Below, piece by piece: positions 46,553-54,288 of a stretch of DNA of 64,000 nucleotides (positions are counted from its first letter, which is position 1; each line of letters starts with the position of its first letter). The notes beneath the pieces were generated by a model. That model had not been told where the DNA came from. It made no database searches and saw only the letters and a program-made list of their open reading frames with translations. Source of the stretch: Candidatus Sysuimicrobiota bacterium CSP1-3 (lineage in GTDB: Bacteria > Sysuimicrobiota > Sysuimicrobiia > Sysuimicrobiales > Humicultoraceae); assembly GCA_001443485.1 (NCBI GenBank), contig LDXQ01000003.1, forward strand, positions 20,473 to 84,472, given 5' to 3'. The position numbers were made by a program, and so were the translations under genes.

Positions 46553-47391
46553 TGACCCGCCCCGCGCGTCTCCCCTCCGATCAGCCGCTCCCTACCCTGC
46601 GCATCGTGGCGGCAGAGGAGGTCCACCTGCACGAGGACGCCGACCCGCGGCGCGTGGCCGGCCTCGTCGAGCAACTGGCGACCGAAGGCGTGCTGCGCAA
46701 CCCGCCGCTGGCGGCGGCGCTGCCGGGGGGCGGCTACGTCATCCTCGACGGCGCGAACCGCACCAGCGCGCTGCGGCAGCTGGACCTACCGTATCACCTG
46801 CTGCAGATCGTGGAGTACGCGGCGCCGGAGGTGCGGTTGGAGGTCTGGCATCACCTCCTGCGGGAGGACGGGCACGCGCTGACGCGGTTCCTGCCGGAGA
46901 ACGCGCTGATCGACATCCCCAGCGCGGACCGGCTGCGCAAAGACCTGCAGGATGGGCGGCTGGCCTGCGGCTTGATCACGGAGAACGGCGTCCAGGGCGT
47001 TGGCTCCGAGCGGCCGTTCCCGGCGCGCGTCGCCGCGCTGCGCGCGGTCGTCGGCGCGTACAACGGGCGCGTGCCTATCTACCGGGTCCTGACCACGGAC
47101 CTCGCAGTGCTGCGGGCGGAATACGACCGCATCGGCGTGCTGGTGGTCTTCCCGCGCTTCTCTAAGGAAGAGATCCGGCACTTGGCCGCCCTGCCGGAGA
47201 AGCTGCCCACCGGGATCACCCGCCACGTCATCCCGAATCGGGCCCTCCGGGTGAACCTTCCGCTGGATGTCCTGCGCGGCCGGGGGTCGCGAGAGGAGAA
47301 GAATGCCGTCCTCCACGACCTGATCCACGCGCGACTGCTCGCCCACCGGGTGCGCGTCTACCCGGAACCCACCGTCCTGTTTGACGACTAA
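46552..47391 (+). CDS. ParB/Srx-fold protein resembling SbnI/SerK free-serine kinases
   Basis: GTG 46552 overlaps the CBS stop by 1 nt. It has VHLHEDADPRR...LRNPPL...YVILDGANRTSAL (a ParB/Srx DGxxR-type core) and the C-terminal LPTGITRHVIPNRALRVNLPLDVL. The family assignment rests on motif memory, not on a search. Confidence 0.6.
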   Translation: MTRPARLPSDQPLPTLRIVAAEEVHLHEDADPRRVAGLVEQLATEGVLRNPPLAAALPGGGYVILDGANRTSALRQLDLPYHLLQIVEYAAPEVRLEVWHHLLREDGHALTRFLPENALIDIPSADRLRKDLQDGRLACGLITENGVQGVGSERPFPARVAALRAVVGAYNGRVPIYRVLTTDLAVLRAEYDRIGVLVVFPRFSKEEIRHLAALPEKLPTGITRHVIPNRALRVNLPLDVLRGRGSREEKNAVLHDLIHARLLAHRVRVYPEPTVLFDD

Positions 47392-47392
47392 G

Positions 47393-48289
47393 GTGTCCAG
47401 CGGTCTCCTGGACCGGATCGGCAGTACCCCGCTGCTGCGGGTGAAGCGTCTGCGCGGGATTCCGCCGCGCGTGGAGATCCTGGCGAAGGCGGAGTGGTTC
47501 AATCCGGGGGGATCGGTGAAGGACCGGCCCGTCCTCCGCATGATCGAGGACGCGGAGCGTGAAGGCCGGCTCACAGCGGACAAGATCGTGCTCGATTCAT
47601 CCTCGGGGAATGCCGGCATCGCCTATGCGATGCTCGGCGCGGCGAAAGGCTACCGCGTCGAACTGGTCATCCCGGAGAACGTCAGCGCGGAGCGGAAGCG
47701 GATCATCCGCGCGTTCGGCGCGACGGTCATCTCCTCGGACCCGTTGGAGGGGTCCGACGGCGCCATCCGCCTGGCCCACGAGCGCTTCGCCGCGGCCCCG
47801 GACCGCTATTGTATGCCCGACCAGTACAACAACCCGAGCAACTGGCGCGCCCACTACGACACGACCGGACCGGAGATCATCGCCCAGAGTGAGGGGCGCA
47901 TCACGCACTTCGTCGCCGGATTGGGCACGTCCGGCACGCTCGTCGGCGTCGGCCGGCGCCTGCGCGAATGGAACCCCGACGTGCAGATCGTCGCGGTGGA
48001 GCCCGACGGGCCGCTGCACGGGCTGGAGGGGCTGAAGCACATGGCCACCTCCATCGTGCCGGGGATCTACGATCCGTCGGTGCACCATCGCGTCATCGGC
48101 GTGCAGACCGAGCCCGCCTACGCGATGACCCGCCGCCTGACGCAGGAAGAGGGGTGGTTGGTCGGGCCCTCCGCCGGGGCGGCGATGCTGGCGGCGGTGC
48201 AGGTGGCGCAGGAGGAAGGAGCCGGCGTGATCGTCGTCGTCCTGCCGGACGGCGGCGACCGCTACCTCTCCACAGAGGTGTTCGGATAG
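47393..48289 (+). CDS. cysM: CysM-like cysteine synthase (O-phosphoserine / carrier-thiocarboxylate type suspected)
   Basis: GSTPLL, NPGGSVKDRP, SSGNAGIAYA and ITHFVAGLGTSGTLVGVGRRLRE closely parallel mycobacterial CysM as I recall it. The start is GTG 47393 or TTG 47381. Confidence 0.85.
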   Translation: MSSGLLDRIGSTPLLRVKRLRGIPPRVEILAKAEWFNPGGSVKDRPVLRMIEDAEREGRLTADKIVLDSSSGNAGIAYAMLGAAKGYRVELVIPENVSAERKRIIRAFGATVISSDPLEGSDGAIRLAHERFAAAPDRYCMPDQYNNPSNWRAHYDTTGPEIIAQSEGRITHFVAGLGTSGTLVGVGRRLREWNPDVQIVAVEPDGPLHGLEGLKHMATSIVPGIYDPSVHHRVIGVQTEPAYAMTRRLTQEEGWLVGPSAGAAMLAAVQVAQEEGAGVIVVVLPDGGDRYLSTEVFG

Positions 48290-48313
48290 ATGGCGGCGCG
48301 GGTGGTCGCCTAG

Positions 48314-48715
48314 ATGGCGCTGCGGCTCTCGTCCGATCACCTGCAGGACGTGGTCGCCCACGCCCGGGAGACCTTTCCCCACGAGTGCTGCGGGCTGCTC
48401 GCCGGGCGCGACGGGCGGGTGGTCCGCGTGTGCCGCGGGCGCAACGTGGATGAGAGCCCGTACACCTACCGCCTGGACGACCGGCAGTTGCTGCAGTTCT
48501 TGCGGGAGATGGATCAGGACGGGCTGGACATTGTCGGCATCTACCACTCGCACACCGCGTCGGAGGCGACGCCTTCGCGCACGGACGTGGCCAGGGCATT
48601 CTATCCGGAGGCGGTGTATGTGATAATATCCCTACAGCATCCGGAGCATCCGGTGGTCCGCGGGTTCCGCATCGTCGATGGGACCGTCGCCGAAGAGGAC
48701 GTGATCGTCCAGTGA
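48314..48715 (+). CDS. JAMM/MPN+ (M67) metalloprotease, Mec+-like
   Basis: It has the conserved Glu (PHECCG) and the JAMM motif HSHTASEATPSRTD (HxHx7Sx2D). Confidence 0.9.
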   Translation: MALRLSSDHLQDVVAHARETFPHECCGLLAGRDGRVVRVCRGRNVDESPYTYRLDDRQLLQFLREMDQDGLDIVGIYHSHTASEATPSRTDVARAFYPEAVYVIISLQHPEHPVVRGFRIVDGTVAEEDVIVQ

Positions 48716-49173
48716 AGGTCAGCACCCGGCCCGAGCACGCGACCCGCGCGGTGAAGGTGAGTAGCCGCGCGGAGTACGGCATGCGTGCGCTTGTGGATCT
48801 GGCCCTCCACTACGGCGAGGGCTACGTGCAGAGCCACGACATCGCGGCCCGGCAGGGGCTCCCCGAATCCTACCTCAACCAGATCATGACCACGCTCCGC
48901 CGCGCGGGACTGGTCTCGAGCAAGCGCGGGCCAGCCGGCGGGCACACGCTCTCGCGTTCGCCCGACGCGATCACCCTGCGGGAAGCCTTCGAAGTGCTCG
49001 AAGAGGGCGCCTCCCCGTGGTGGTGCGTGGAAGTGGAAGATCCTGACTGCGCATACGCCCCCGGCTGTGGCGTCCGGCCCATCTGGATGGCCATGAAGAC
49101 CGCGGCCGAGGGCGTCCTGGACCGCCTCACCCTGCTGGACATTGCCAGCACCCGCACCCCTGTTAAGAAGTAA
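48712..49173 (+). CDS. Rrf2 family transcriptional regulator (three-Cys, Fe-S type)
   Basis: GTG 48712 overlaps the JAMM stop (GTGA). A second Rrf2-like start is at 48751 (VKVSSRAEYGMRAL). It has a wHTH and the Cys cluster CVEVEDPDCAYAPGC. Confidence 0.85.
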   Translation: MKVSTRPEHATRAVKVSSRAEYGMRALVDLALHYGEGYVQSHDIAARQGLPESYLNQIMTTLRRAGLVSSKRGPAGGHTLSRSPDAITLREAFEVLEEGASPWWCVEVEDPDCAYAPGCGVRPIWMAMKTAAEGVLDRLTLLDIASTRTPVKK

Positions 49174-49345
49174 CCCCCCGGCTGTTCGGCAGGACATCGG
49201 CCCCCCGTGGTCGAAGCCTCCAGGTACGGGGCAGGGCACCCCGGACACGCAGGTCTGGCCCGACCATCGAAGGGCGGGGGCGAGGGCCCCATCTGGGCGC
49301 GATTGTCAGGGATGCCCTGTCCTTCGCTTTCCGCGCGCCGCCGCC

Positions 49346-49371
49346 GAAATTTCCCCCCGCGCCTCCTCGTT
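49346..49371 (+). promoter_or_regulatory. SigR/SigH-type (ECF) promoter-like element upstream of the sigma gene
   Basis: GAAAT (49346-49350), an 18-nt spacer, then GTT (49369-49371). The remembered consensus is GGAAT-N18-GTT. Confidence 0.4.
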
Positions 49372-49380
49372 GAGACGATA

Positions 49381-50022
49381 GTGGAGGCGGCGGCACTGGA
49401 GTCCCGATCCTTGGCGTTGAATCAGCCCTCCGGAGATGCCTCGGCCGGCCAGGAGTTCGCGGCGCTGGTCGAGTCAAATCTGGACGGCCTCTACGGCGCG
49501 GCGCTGCGTCTGACCCGCACCCGCGACAGGGCGGAGGATCTGGTCCAGGAGACCTTCCTCAAGGCCTGGCGCTCCTTCCATTCCTTCCAACCGGGGACCA
49601 ACGCGCGGGCCTGGCTTTACCGCATCATGATGAACGCCTACATCGACTCCTACCGGAAGGCCGATCGGGAACCGGAAATCGTCGATCAAGAGGACGTGGA
49701 GGAGCAGTACCTGTACAGCCGGGTACAGGAGAGCGAGGAACTGCGTCGGCAGGGTAACCCGGAGGAGATCACGCTCCAGGCCGTCATGGACGCGGACGTA
49801 GAAGAGGCCCTGGCCTCGCTGCCCGAGTCCTTCCGCGCCGCCGTCATCCTGGCCGACCTCGAGGGCTTCGCGTACAAGGAGATCGCGCAGATCCTCGGCG
49901 TCCCCATCGGCACGGTGATGTCCCGGCTCTTCCGCGGTCGGCGCCTGCTGCAGAAGGCGCTGTGGGAGTATGCCCTGAAGACCCGCCGCATCACGCCGGA
50001 CCAGGAAGGAAGCGCCCGATGA
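49381..50022 (+). CDS. ECF-type RNA polymerase sigma factor (SigR/SigH-like)
   Basis: Region 2 is [19 protein letters not shown]...[15 protein letters not shown]. Region 4 is [29 protein letters not shown]. The start is uncertain (49381, 49411 or 49417 within ORF 49207..50022). Confidence 0.85.
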   Translation: MEAAALESRSLALNQPSGDASAGQEFAALVESNLDGLYGAALRLTRTRDRAEDLVQETFLKAWRSFHSFQPGTNARAWLYRIMMNAYIDSYRKADREPEIVDQEDVEEQYLYSRVQESEELRRQGNPEEITLQAVMDADVEEALASLPESFRAAVILADLEGFAYKEIAQILGVPIGTVMSRLFRGRRLLQKALWEYALKTRRITPDQEGSAR

Positions 50023-50252
50023 GCACGGTCCACTGCGAAGAGGTCGTCCGCCTGCTCTGGCGGTACATGGACCGGGAACTGGATCCGGACACCTACCGGC
50101 GGCTGCAGGAACACGTCCGGCAGTGCCGCAACTGCGGGCCGCGCCACGAGTTTGAGGCCCGGCTGCGGTCGATCATCCAGGAGAAGTGCGCGGGCCAGCC
50201 CGCGCCCGAAGCCCTGCGCCGTCGCGTCATGGCCCTGCTGCAAGAGCTCTAG
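50019..50252 (+). CDS. Zinc-binding anti-sigma factor (ZAS, RsrA/RshA-like)
   Basis: ATG 50019 overlaps the sigma stop (ATGA). HCEEV...HVRQCRNC gives the H-x3-C-x2-C ZAS motif. The protein is 77 aa and soluble. Confidence 0.8.
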   Translation: MSTVHCEEVVRLLWRYMDRELDPDTYRRLQEHVRQCRNCGPRHEFEARLRSIIQEKCAGQPAPEALRRRVMALLQEL

Positions 50253-50362
50253 GGTCCGACTCGCCCGCCGCTCGTCCACCCGCCCGTCCGCACCGCGCCG
50301 CAGCGCGTATAATCCAACCCGTGAGGTGGTTTCTTCGTCCGAAGCAACGCCAGGAGGCGCAC

Positions 50363-50752
50363 ATGTCGAGAGAGATCATCAGCACTGACGCTGCGCCCCG
50401 CGCCATTGGACCGTACTCGCAGGCGATGCGGGCGGGTGGATTCCTGTTTCTCTCCGGGCAGATCGCCCTGGATCCCCGCACAGAGCAGCTGGTGGGCGGC
50501 GATATCAAACAGCAGACGCGGCGGGTGCTGGAGAACGTGAAGGCCCTACTGCAAGCGGCGGGCTCCTCGCTCAACCGCGTGGTGAAGTGCACGGTTTTCC
50601 TGGCCGACATGAATGACTTCGGCGCGATGAACGAAGAGTACGGCTCCTTCTTCCAAGAGGAGCCGCCGGCGCGGACTACGGTAGCGGCTAGCCGGCTGCC
50701 TCGCGGTGCGCTCGTGGAGATTGATGTGATCGCGGTGGTAGGGGAGGGGTAA
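50363..50752 (+). CDS. ridA: RidA (YjgF/TdcF) family reactive-intermediate deaminase
   Basis: ATG 50363 follows AGGAGG. It has APRAIGPYSQA, FLSGQIALDP and ARTTVAASRLPRGALVEID. Confidence 0.9.
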   Translation: MSREIISTDAAPRAIGPYSQAMRAGGFLFLSGQIALDPRTEQLVGGDIKQQTRRVLENVKALLQAAGSSLNRVVKCTVFLADMNDFGAMNEEYGSFFQEEPPARTTVAASRLPRGALVEIDVIAVVGEG

Positions 50753-50806
50753 GGGCGGCGAGAGGGTTGACCGGCCCGCCTCGACTTCGGGACAATACAG
50801 TTACGC

Positions 50807-50881
50807 TGGGGGGTCGTCTAGTCGGGAGGACACCGGACTTTGACTCCGGCAACGCAGGATCGAAGCCTGCCCCCCCAGCCA
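50807..50881 (+). tRNA. tRNA-Gln (anticodon UUG), CCA encoded
   Basis: Manual fold: acceptor TGGGGGG/CCCCCCA with a U1:A72 pair, discriminator G73 and CCA. D arm is GTCT-AGTCGGGA-GGAC. Anticodon arm is CCGGA-CTTTGAC-TCCGG. T arm is GCAGG-ATCGAAG-CCTGC, and the A at position 54 is unusual. Confidence 0.85.
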
Positions 50882-50913
50882 GGTTCGAAGATCTCAGATG
50901 ATGCCCGGGCGAA
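50882..50913 (+). repeat. Direct repeat copy 1 (att-like), immediately 3' of tRNA-Gln
   Basis: GGTTCGAAGATCT (50882-50894) is identical to 54147-54159. Ten of the next 19 nt also match. Confidence 0.6.
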
Positions 50914-51161
50914 GGCTCGGGCTTCGAACTCTACTGGGATCCTTCGATCTCTGCCGGTGCTTACGCGAGTCCCTTGGCGCGGCCGGTCGCCCGAAGCAGC
51001 CCACTGACCTCTCATCAGATCGATCTGGACACTTGGGCAAGTTCCTAGATTCAAATGACCCCTCCCCCGCAGTCCCTTTTGTGGACTATCCAGGTCCTTG
51101 GTCGCTACCTACATTCGAGAAGGGAAGATGAACCCGGAAGTCCCGACGAGGAGGTGTCGCT

Positions 51162-51779
51162 GTGAAGAGGCGTCGCATTCTGCTCGCAGTTGTGTTAGCA
51201 GGGTCATTCCTTTTGCCATCGGCGGCGGTCGCGCAGCAGGATTTGCCGCCTGGATCCCTTGTAATCAAGGTACTGGTCGAAAAGAAAGTGGCGCGTTTGC
51301 CGGTAGGGAGGCCAGGGCTTTACTGGCGATTAGAGAACTTCCCCAGTCTTGCTCAAGCGCAGGCAGCCGCCGGCCCCACGGGATTGGCTGCTGAGTCCGC
51401 CGGGAGGGCCTGGCTCTTCACCCTGGGTCCCAAGGGTGGGTCCTCAGCGGGCGGCACCAAGGTAGCGGAGGTTGGACCCCTCCTGCCGGTAGTTGCACCG
51501 GAGTATCTCCTTCGGATCAACGAACCCAGTGGCCCTCTCGGCGGCACAACCATCGTGCACACTCATCCAGGGACCGAAGCGTTCTACGTGCTTACGGGCG
51601 AGCTTTGCGTGCGGACTTCCCAGGGGGTAATCCGTGTTTCGGCCGGCCGGGGCGAGGCGGGTCCGGATGCCTATGTTCCGACGCAGGTCTCCAGCTGCGG
51701 CTCGACGGACCTGCGTGGGCTAGTAATGTTTGTAGTGGACGCTACCAGGCCGTTCTCATCGCCGGCCAGCTTCCCCTAG
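51162..51779 (+). CDS. Secreted cupin-domain protein
   Basis: GTG follows GGAGG. It has a signal peptide (LLAVVLAGSFLLPSAAVAQQ) and the cupin motif HTHPGTEAFYVLTGEL. Confidence 0.7.
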   Translation: MKRRRILLAVVLAGSFLLPSAAVAQQDLPPGSLVIKVLVEKKVARLPVGRPGLYWRLENFPSLAQAQAAAGPTGLAAESAGRAWLFTLGPKGGSSAGGTKVAEVGPLLPVVAPEYLLRINEPSGPLGGTTIVHTHPGTEAFYVLTGELCVRTSQGVIRVSAGRGEAGPDAYVPTQVSSCGSTDLRGLVMFVVDATRPFSSPASFP

Positions 51780-51851
51780 ATCAGGGAAGACGCTGGAACG
51801 TGCTGAGGGCCCGCCTTCCAAGAAGGCGGGCCCTCGGTTTTGGGACTCGCG

Positions 51852-52553
51852 CTAGCGGGTTGGGTTGAGCTTGGCAGTGACACTTCCGCGGACCACATCG
51901 GCAAACTTGCTGAGCTGTAGCCAGCGCGGAAACGCGCGGATCAGTGCCGGCGGGCCGTCGATCTGGGCCAGTCCCTGGTCCATCGCCTCGGCCAGCGTGA
52001 TCCTGCCCAGCCAGACGTGGTAGAACGCCGCGATGTCGGCCGTCACGAGCAGGTCGACGTCGAATCCGGGATCATCGCGACATACCGAGGCATCCCCGGG
52101 CTCAAAGACGAGCCAGAGAGTCTTTCTGCGCCTGCCCTGGAAATTGAACTGTACGACGACCCGCTGCCTGGGTAGCAGATCGAGGTTGATCCGCCGGTGC
52201 ATCCACCACAGCAACAGTGCTGGGTCGAGCTCCTCGGGCCTCGGTTCGGTCAGCGCCCAACGGGCTCCCCACTGCCCCAGATCCCAGACGGCCCTCTGCA
52301 GCTCTTCCCCCGGCGGGGTCAAATGATATTCGCTCCGACCCTCACCATAGGCGCGCCGCTCGAGCAGGCCAAGTCTCCGGAGTCGTTCGAGGCGCCGCTG
52401 GAGCAAGGTCCGCGAGATCCCGGGGAGGCCTCGGGCCAGCTCATTGAAGTGACGGCTGCCGTTCAAGAACTCGCGGACGATCAGGATTGTCCAACGGTCA
52501 CCCAGGATCTCCGCAGCCCGCGCGATTGGACAGTACTGGTTGTATGCTCTCAC
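51852..52553 (-). CDS. HxlR-type winged-helix regulator with C-terminal SCP2-like domain
   Basis: [23 protein letters not shown]...[24 protein letters not shown] chose the internal GTG at 52553. The ORF track start is 52667. Confidence 0.8.
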   Translation of the reverse strand: MRAYNQYCPIARAAEILGDRWTILIVREFLNGSRHFNELARGLPGISRTLLQRRLERLRRLGLLERRAYGEGRSEYHLTPPGEELQRAVWDLGQWGARWALTEPRPEELDPALLLWWMHRRINLDLLPRQRVVVQFNFQGRRRKTLWLVFEPGDASVCRDDPGFDVDLLVTADIAAFYHVWLGRITLAEAMDQGLAQIDGPPALIRAFPRWLQLSKFADVVRGSVTAKLNPTR

Positions 52554-52638
52554 GCCTCGATCATTGCAGGGAGCCGGGAATGTTGTCCAGTCGCATTTTT
52601 GTACTGGATGGCGGGGGAGGCTATCCGCTAGGGTGGTT

Positions 52639-54054
52639 ATGGGAATCATGGGAGCGCTCAGGGCCACAGTGGATCAGGCAGCCTTTGAGGCATTTAGGCG
52701 GTCATTCCGTGGCGAGATCCTCCGACCGGGCGATGCCGGGTATGACGAGGCGCGGAGGATCTGGAACGGAGGCATCGACCGACGGCCGGCGCTGATTGCC
52801 CGATGTGCAGGAACAGCCGACGTCTTGACGGCCGTGCGCTTTGCCCGCGAGCGCGACCTGCCCGCCTCGGTGCGCGGCGGCGGCCATGCGGTGGCCGGTC
52901 ACGCGGTAGTCGACGGGGGGCTCCTCATCGACTTGTCAGCGATGGCCGGCGTGCGCGTCGACCCGGAGACGCGGACCGCGCGAGCCCAAGGCGGATGCCT
53001 GCAGCATCAGCTCGACCGGGAGACTCAGGTCTTCGGCTTGGCCGTCACCGGCGGAATTGTGAGTCACACGGGTATTGGTGGGCTCACCCTGGGGGGCGGC
53101 ATCGGCTGGCTCATGCGCCAGCTGGGGCTCACGGTGGACAACCTGAGGTCCTGCGACGTGGTCACGGCCGACGGTGAGTTCCTCGTGGCCAGCGAGCACG
53201 AGAATCCCGACCTCTTCTGGGGGCTCCGGGGAGGCGGGGGGAACTTCGGGATCGTGACGTCGTTCGAGTACACTCTCCAGCCCGTCGGGCCCATCGTGCT
53301 CGCGGGCCTGATCCTCTACGCCATCGACGATGCTCCTGGTGTGATGCGCTTCTTCCGCGACTTTGTCGGGGAGGCTCCTGACGAAGTTGGCGTCATTGCC
53401 ACCCTGCGCTTGGCCCCGGCGCTTCCGGTGATCCCCGAGCACATGCACGGCATGCCCATTGTGGGGCTCGTGGTCTGCTATGCGGGGCCTGTCAAGGAGG
53501 GGGAAAGGCTGCTCCGTCCCCTCCGGGCGCTCGGCAAGCCGGTTCTCGACGCGATTACCCCGAAGCCGTACCTTGAGCACCAGCAGATGCTTGATCCCGC
53601 CTTTCCCCATGGGCGGCATTACTATTGGAAATCCCGACAACTGCCGCCGCTCACCGACGAAGCGATCGAGGTCATCGTGGAGCACGGGCTCAGGATCACT
53701 TCAGGCTTCTCCTCGGCTCGGATCTTTACACTCGGAGGAGCTGTGGCGCGCGTGGACCAGGACGAGACCGCCTATCCGAACCGTGCCGCCCTTCACGACA
53801 TCAACATCGTCGGCGCTTGGCCGTCGAACGACCCCGACCCCGCGCGGCACGTTGAGTGGGTGCGGGGGTTCTGGTCGGCGCTGGCGCCCTACGCGGGCGG
53901 CGTCTATGTGAACTTCATGTCCGACGAGCCGCAGGCTGCTGTCCAGGCAGCGTACGGGACACACACGTACGCCCGGCTTGTCGCGCTCAAGAAGAAATAT
54001 GATCCCACGAACTTCTTCCGCTTCAACCAGAATATCAGTCCGGTGGGCCCCTGA
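52639..54054 (+). CDS. FAD-linked oxidase (VAO/BBE-like)
   Basis: Internal ATG 52639. It has FAD_binding_4 ([12 protein letters not shown]...GGIGW) and a C-terminal BBE-type NFFRFNQNI. Confidence 0.85.
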   Translation: MGIMGALRATVDQAAFEAFRRSFRGEILRPGDAGYDEARRIWNGGIDRRPALIARCAGTADVLTAVRFARERDLPASVRGGGHAVAGHAVVDGGLLIDLSAMAGVRVDPETRTARAQGGCLQHQLDRETQVFGLAVTGGIVSHTGIGGLTLGGGIGWLMRQLGLTVDNLRSCDVVTADGEFLVASEHENPDLFWGLRGGGGNFGIVTSFEYTLQPVGPIVLAGLILYAIDDAPGVMRFFRDFVGEAPDEVGVIATLRLAPALPVIPEHMHGMPIVGLVVCYAGPVKEGERLLRPLRALGKPVLDAITPKPYLEHQQMLDPAFPHGRHYYWKSRQLPPLTDEAIEVIVEHGLRITSGFSSARIFTLGGAVARVDQDETAYPNRAALHDINIVGAWPSNDPDPARHVEWVRGFWSALAPYAGGVYVNFMSDEPQAAVQAAYGTHTYARLVALKKKYDPTNFFRFNQNISPVGP

Positions 54055-54146
54055 AGAACCGAATCGCCGGCAGGAACCCGATTCCAGGTGCCATTCGTCA
54101 GGAGTTCCCTGAGTACCTCAATGGGGAGAAGATTGCTCTTGAGGGT

Positions 54147-54178
54147 GGTTCGAAGATCTGTAATGATCTCCAGCCAGA
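54147..54178 (+). repeat. Direct repeat copy 2 (att-like; decayed tRNA 3'-end mimic)
   Basis: The sequence is GGTTCGAAGATCTGTAATGATCTCCAGCCAG. It starts with the T-loop-like GGTTCGAA and ends with CCAGCCAG, identical to tRNA-Gln positions 50875-50882. Confidence 0.55.
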
Positions 54179-54288
54179 TTTCGCGCCAGTCCCCGCGAGC
54201 CTGCAATCCCAGGTCATTTCTTTGGTCGCAGAGAAATCCCCAGCCGCAGCAGGAATCCAGCAACCCTGGTCGTGAGGAGGCGTGCATC

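Noticed and set aside
50767-50796. Possible tRNA-Gln promoter (TTGACC-N18-GACAAT)
   Set aside because: The -35 is good but the -10 matches only 4 of 6. It is plausible but too weak to list as a feature.
50818-51054. 78-aa minus-strand ORF overlapping tRNA-Gln
   Set aside because: It overlaps a well-folding tRNA and a non-coding att-like region. It has no motif and no RBS.
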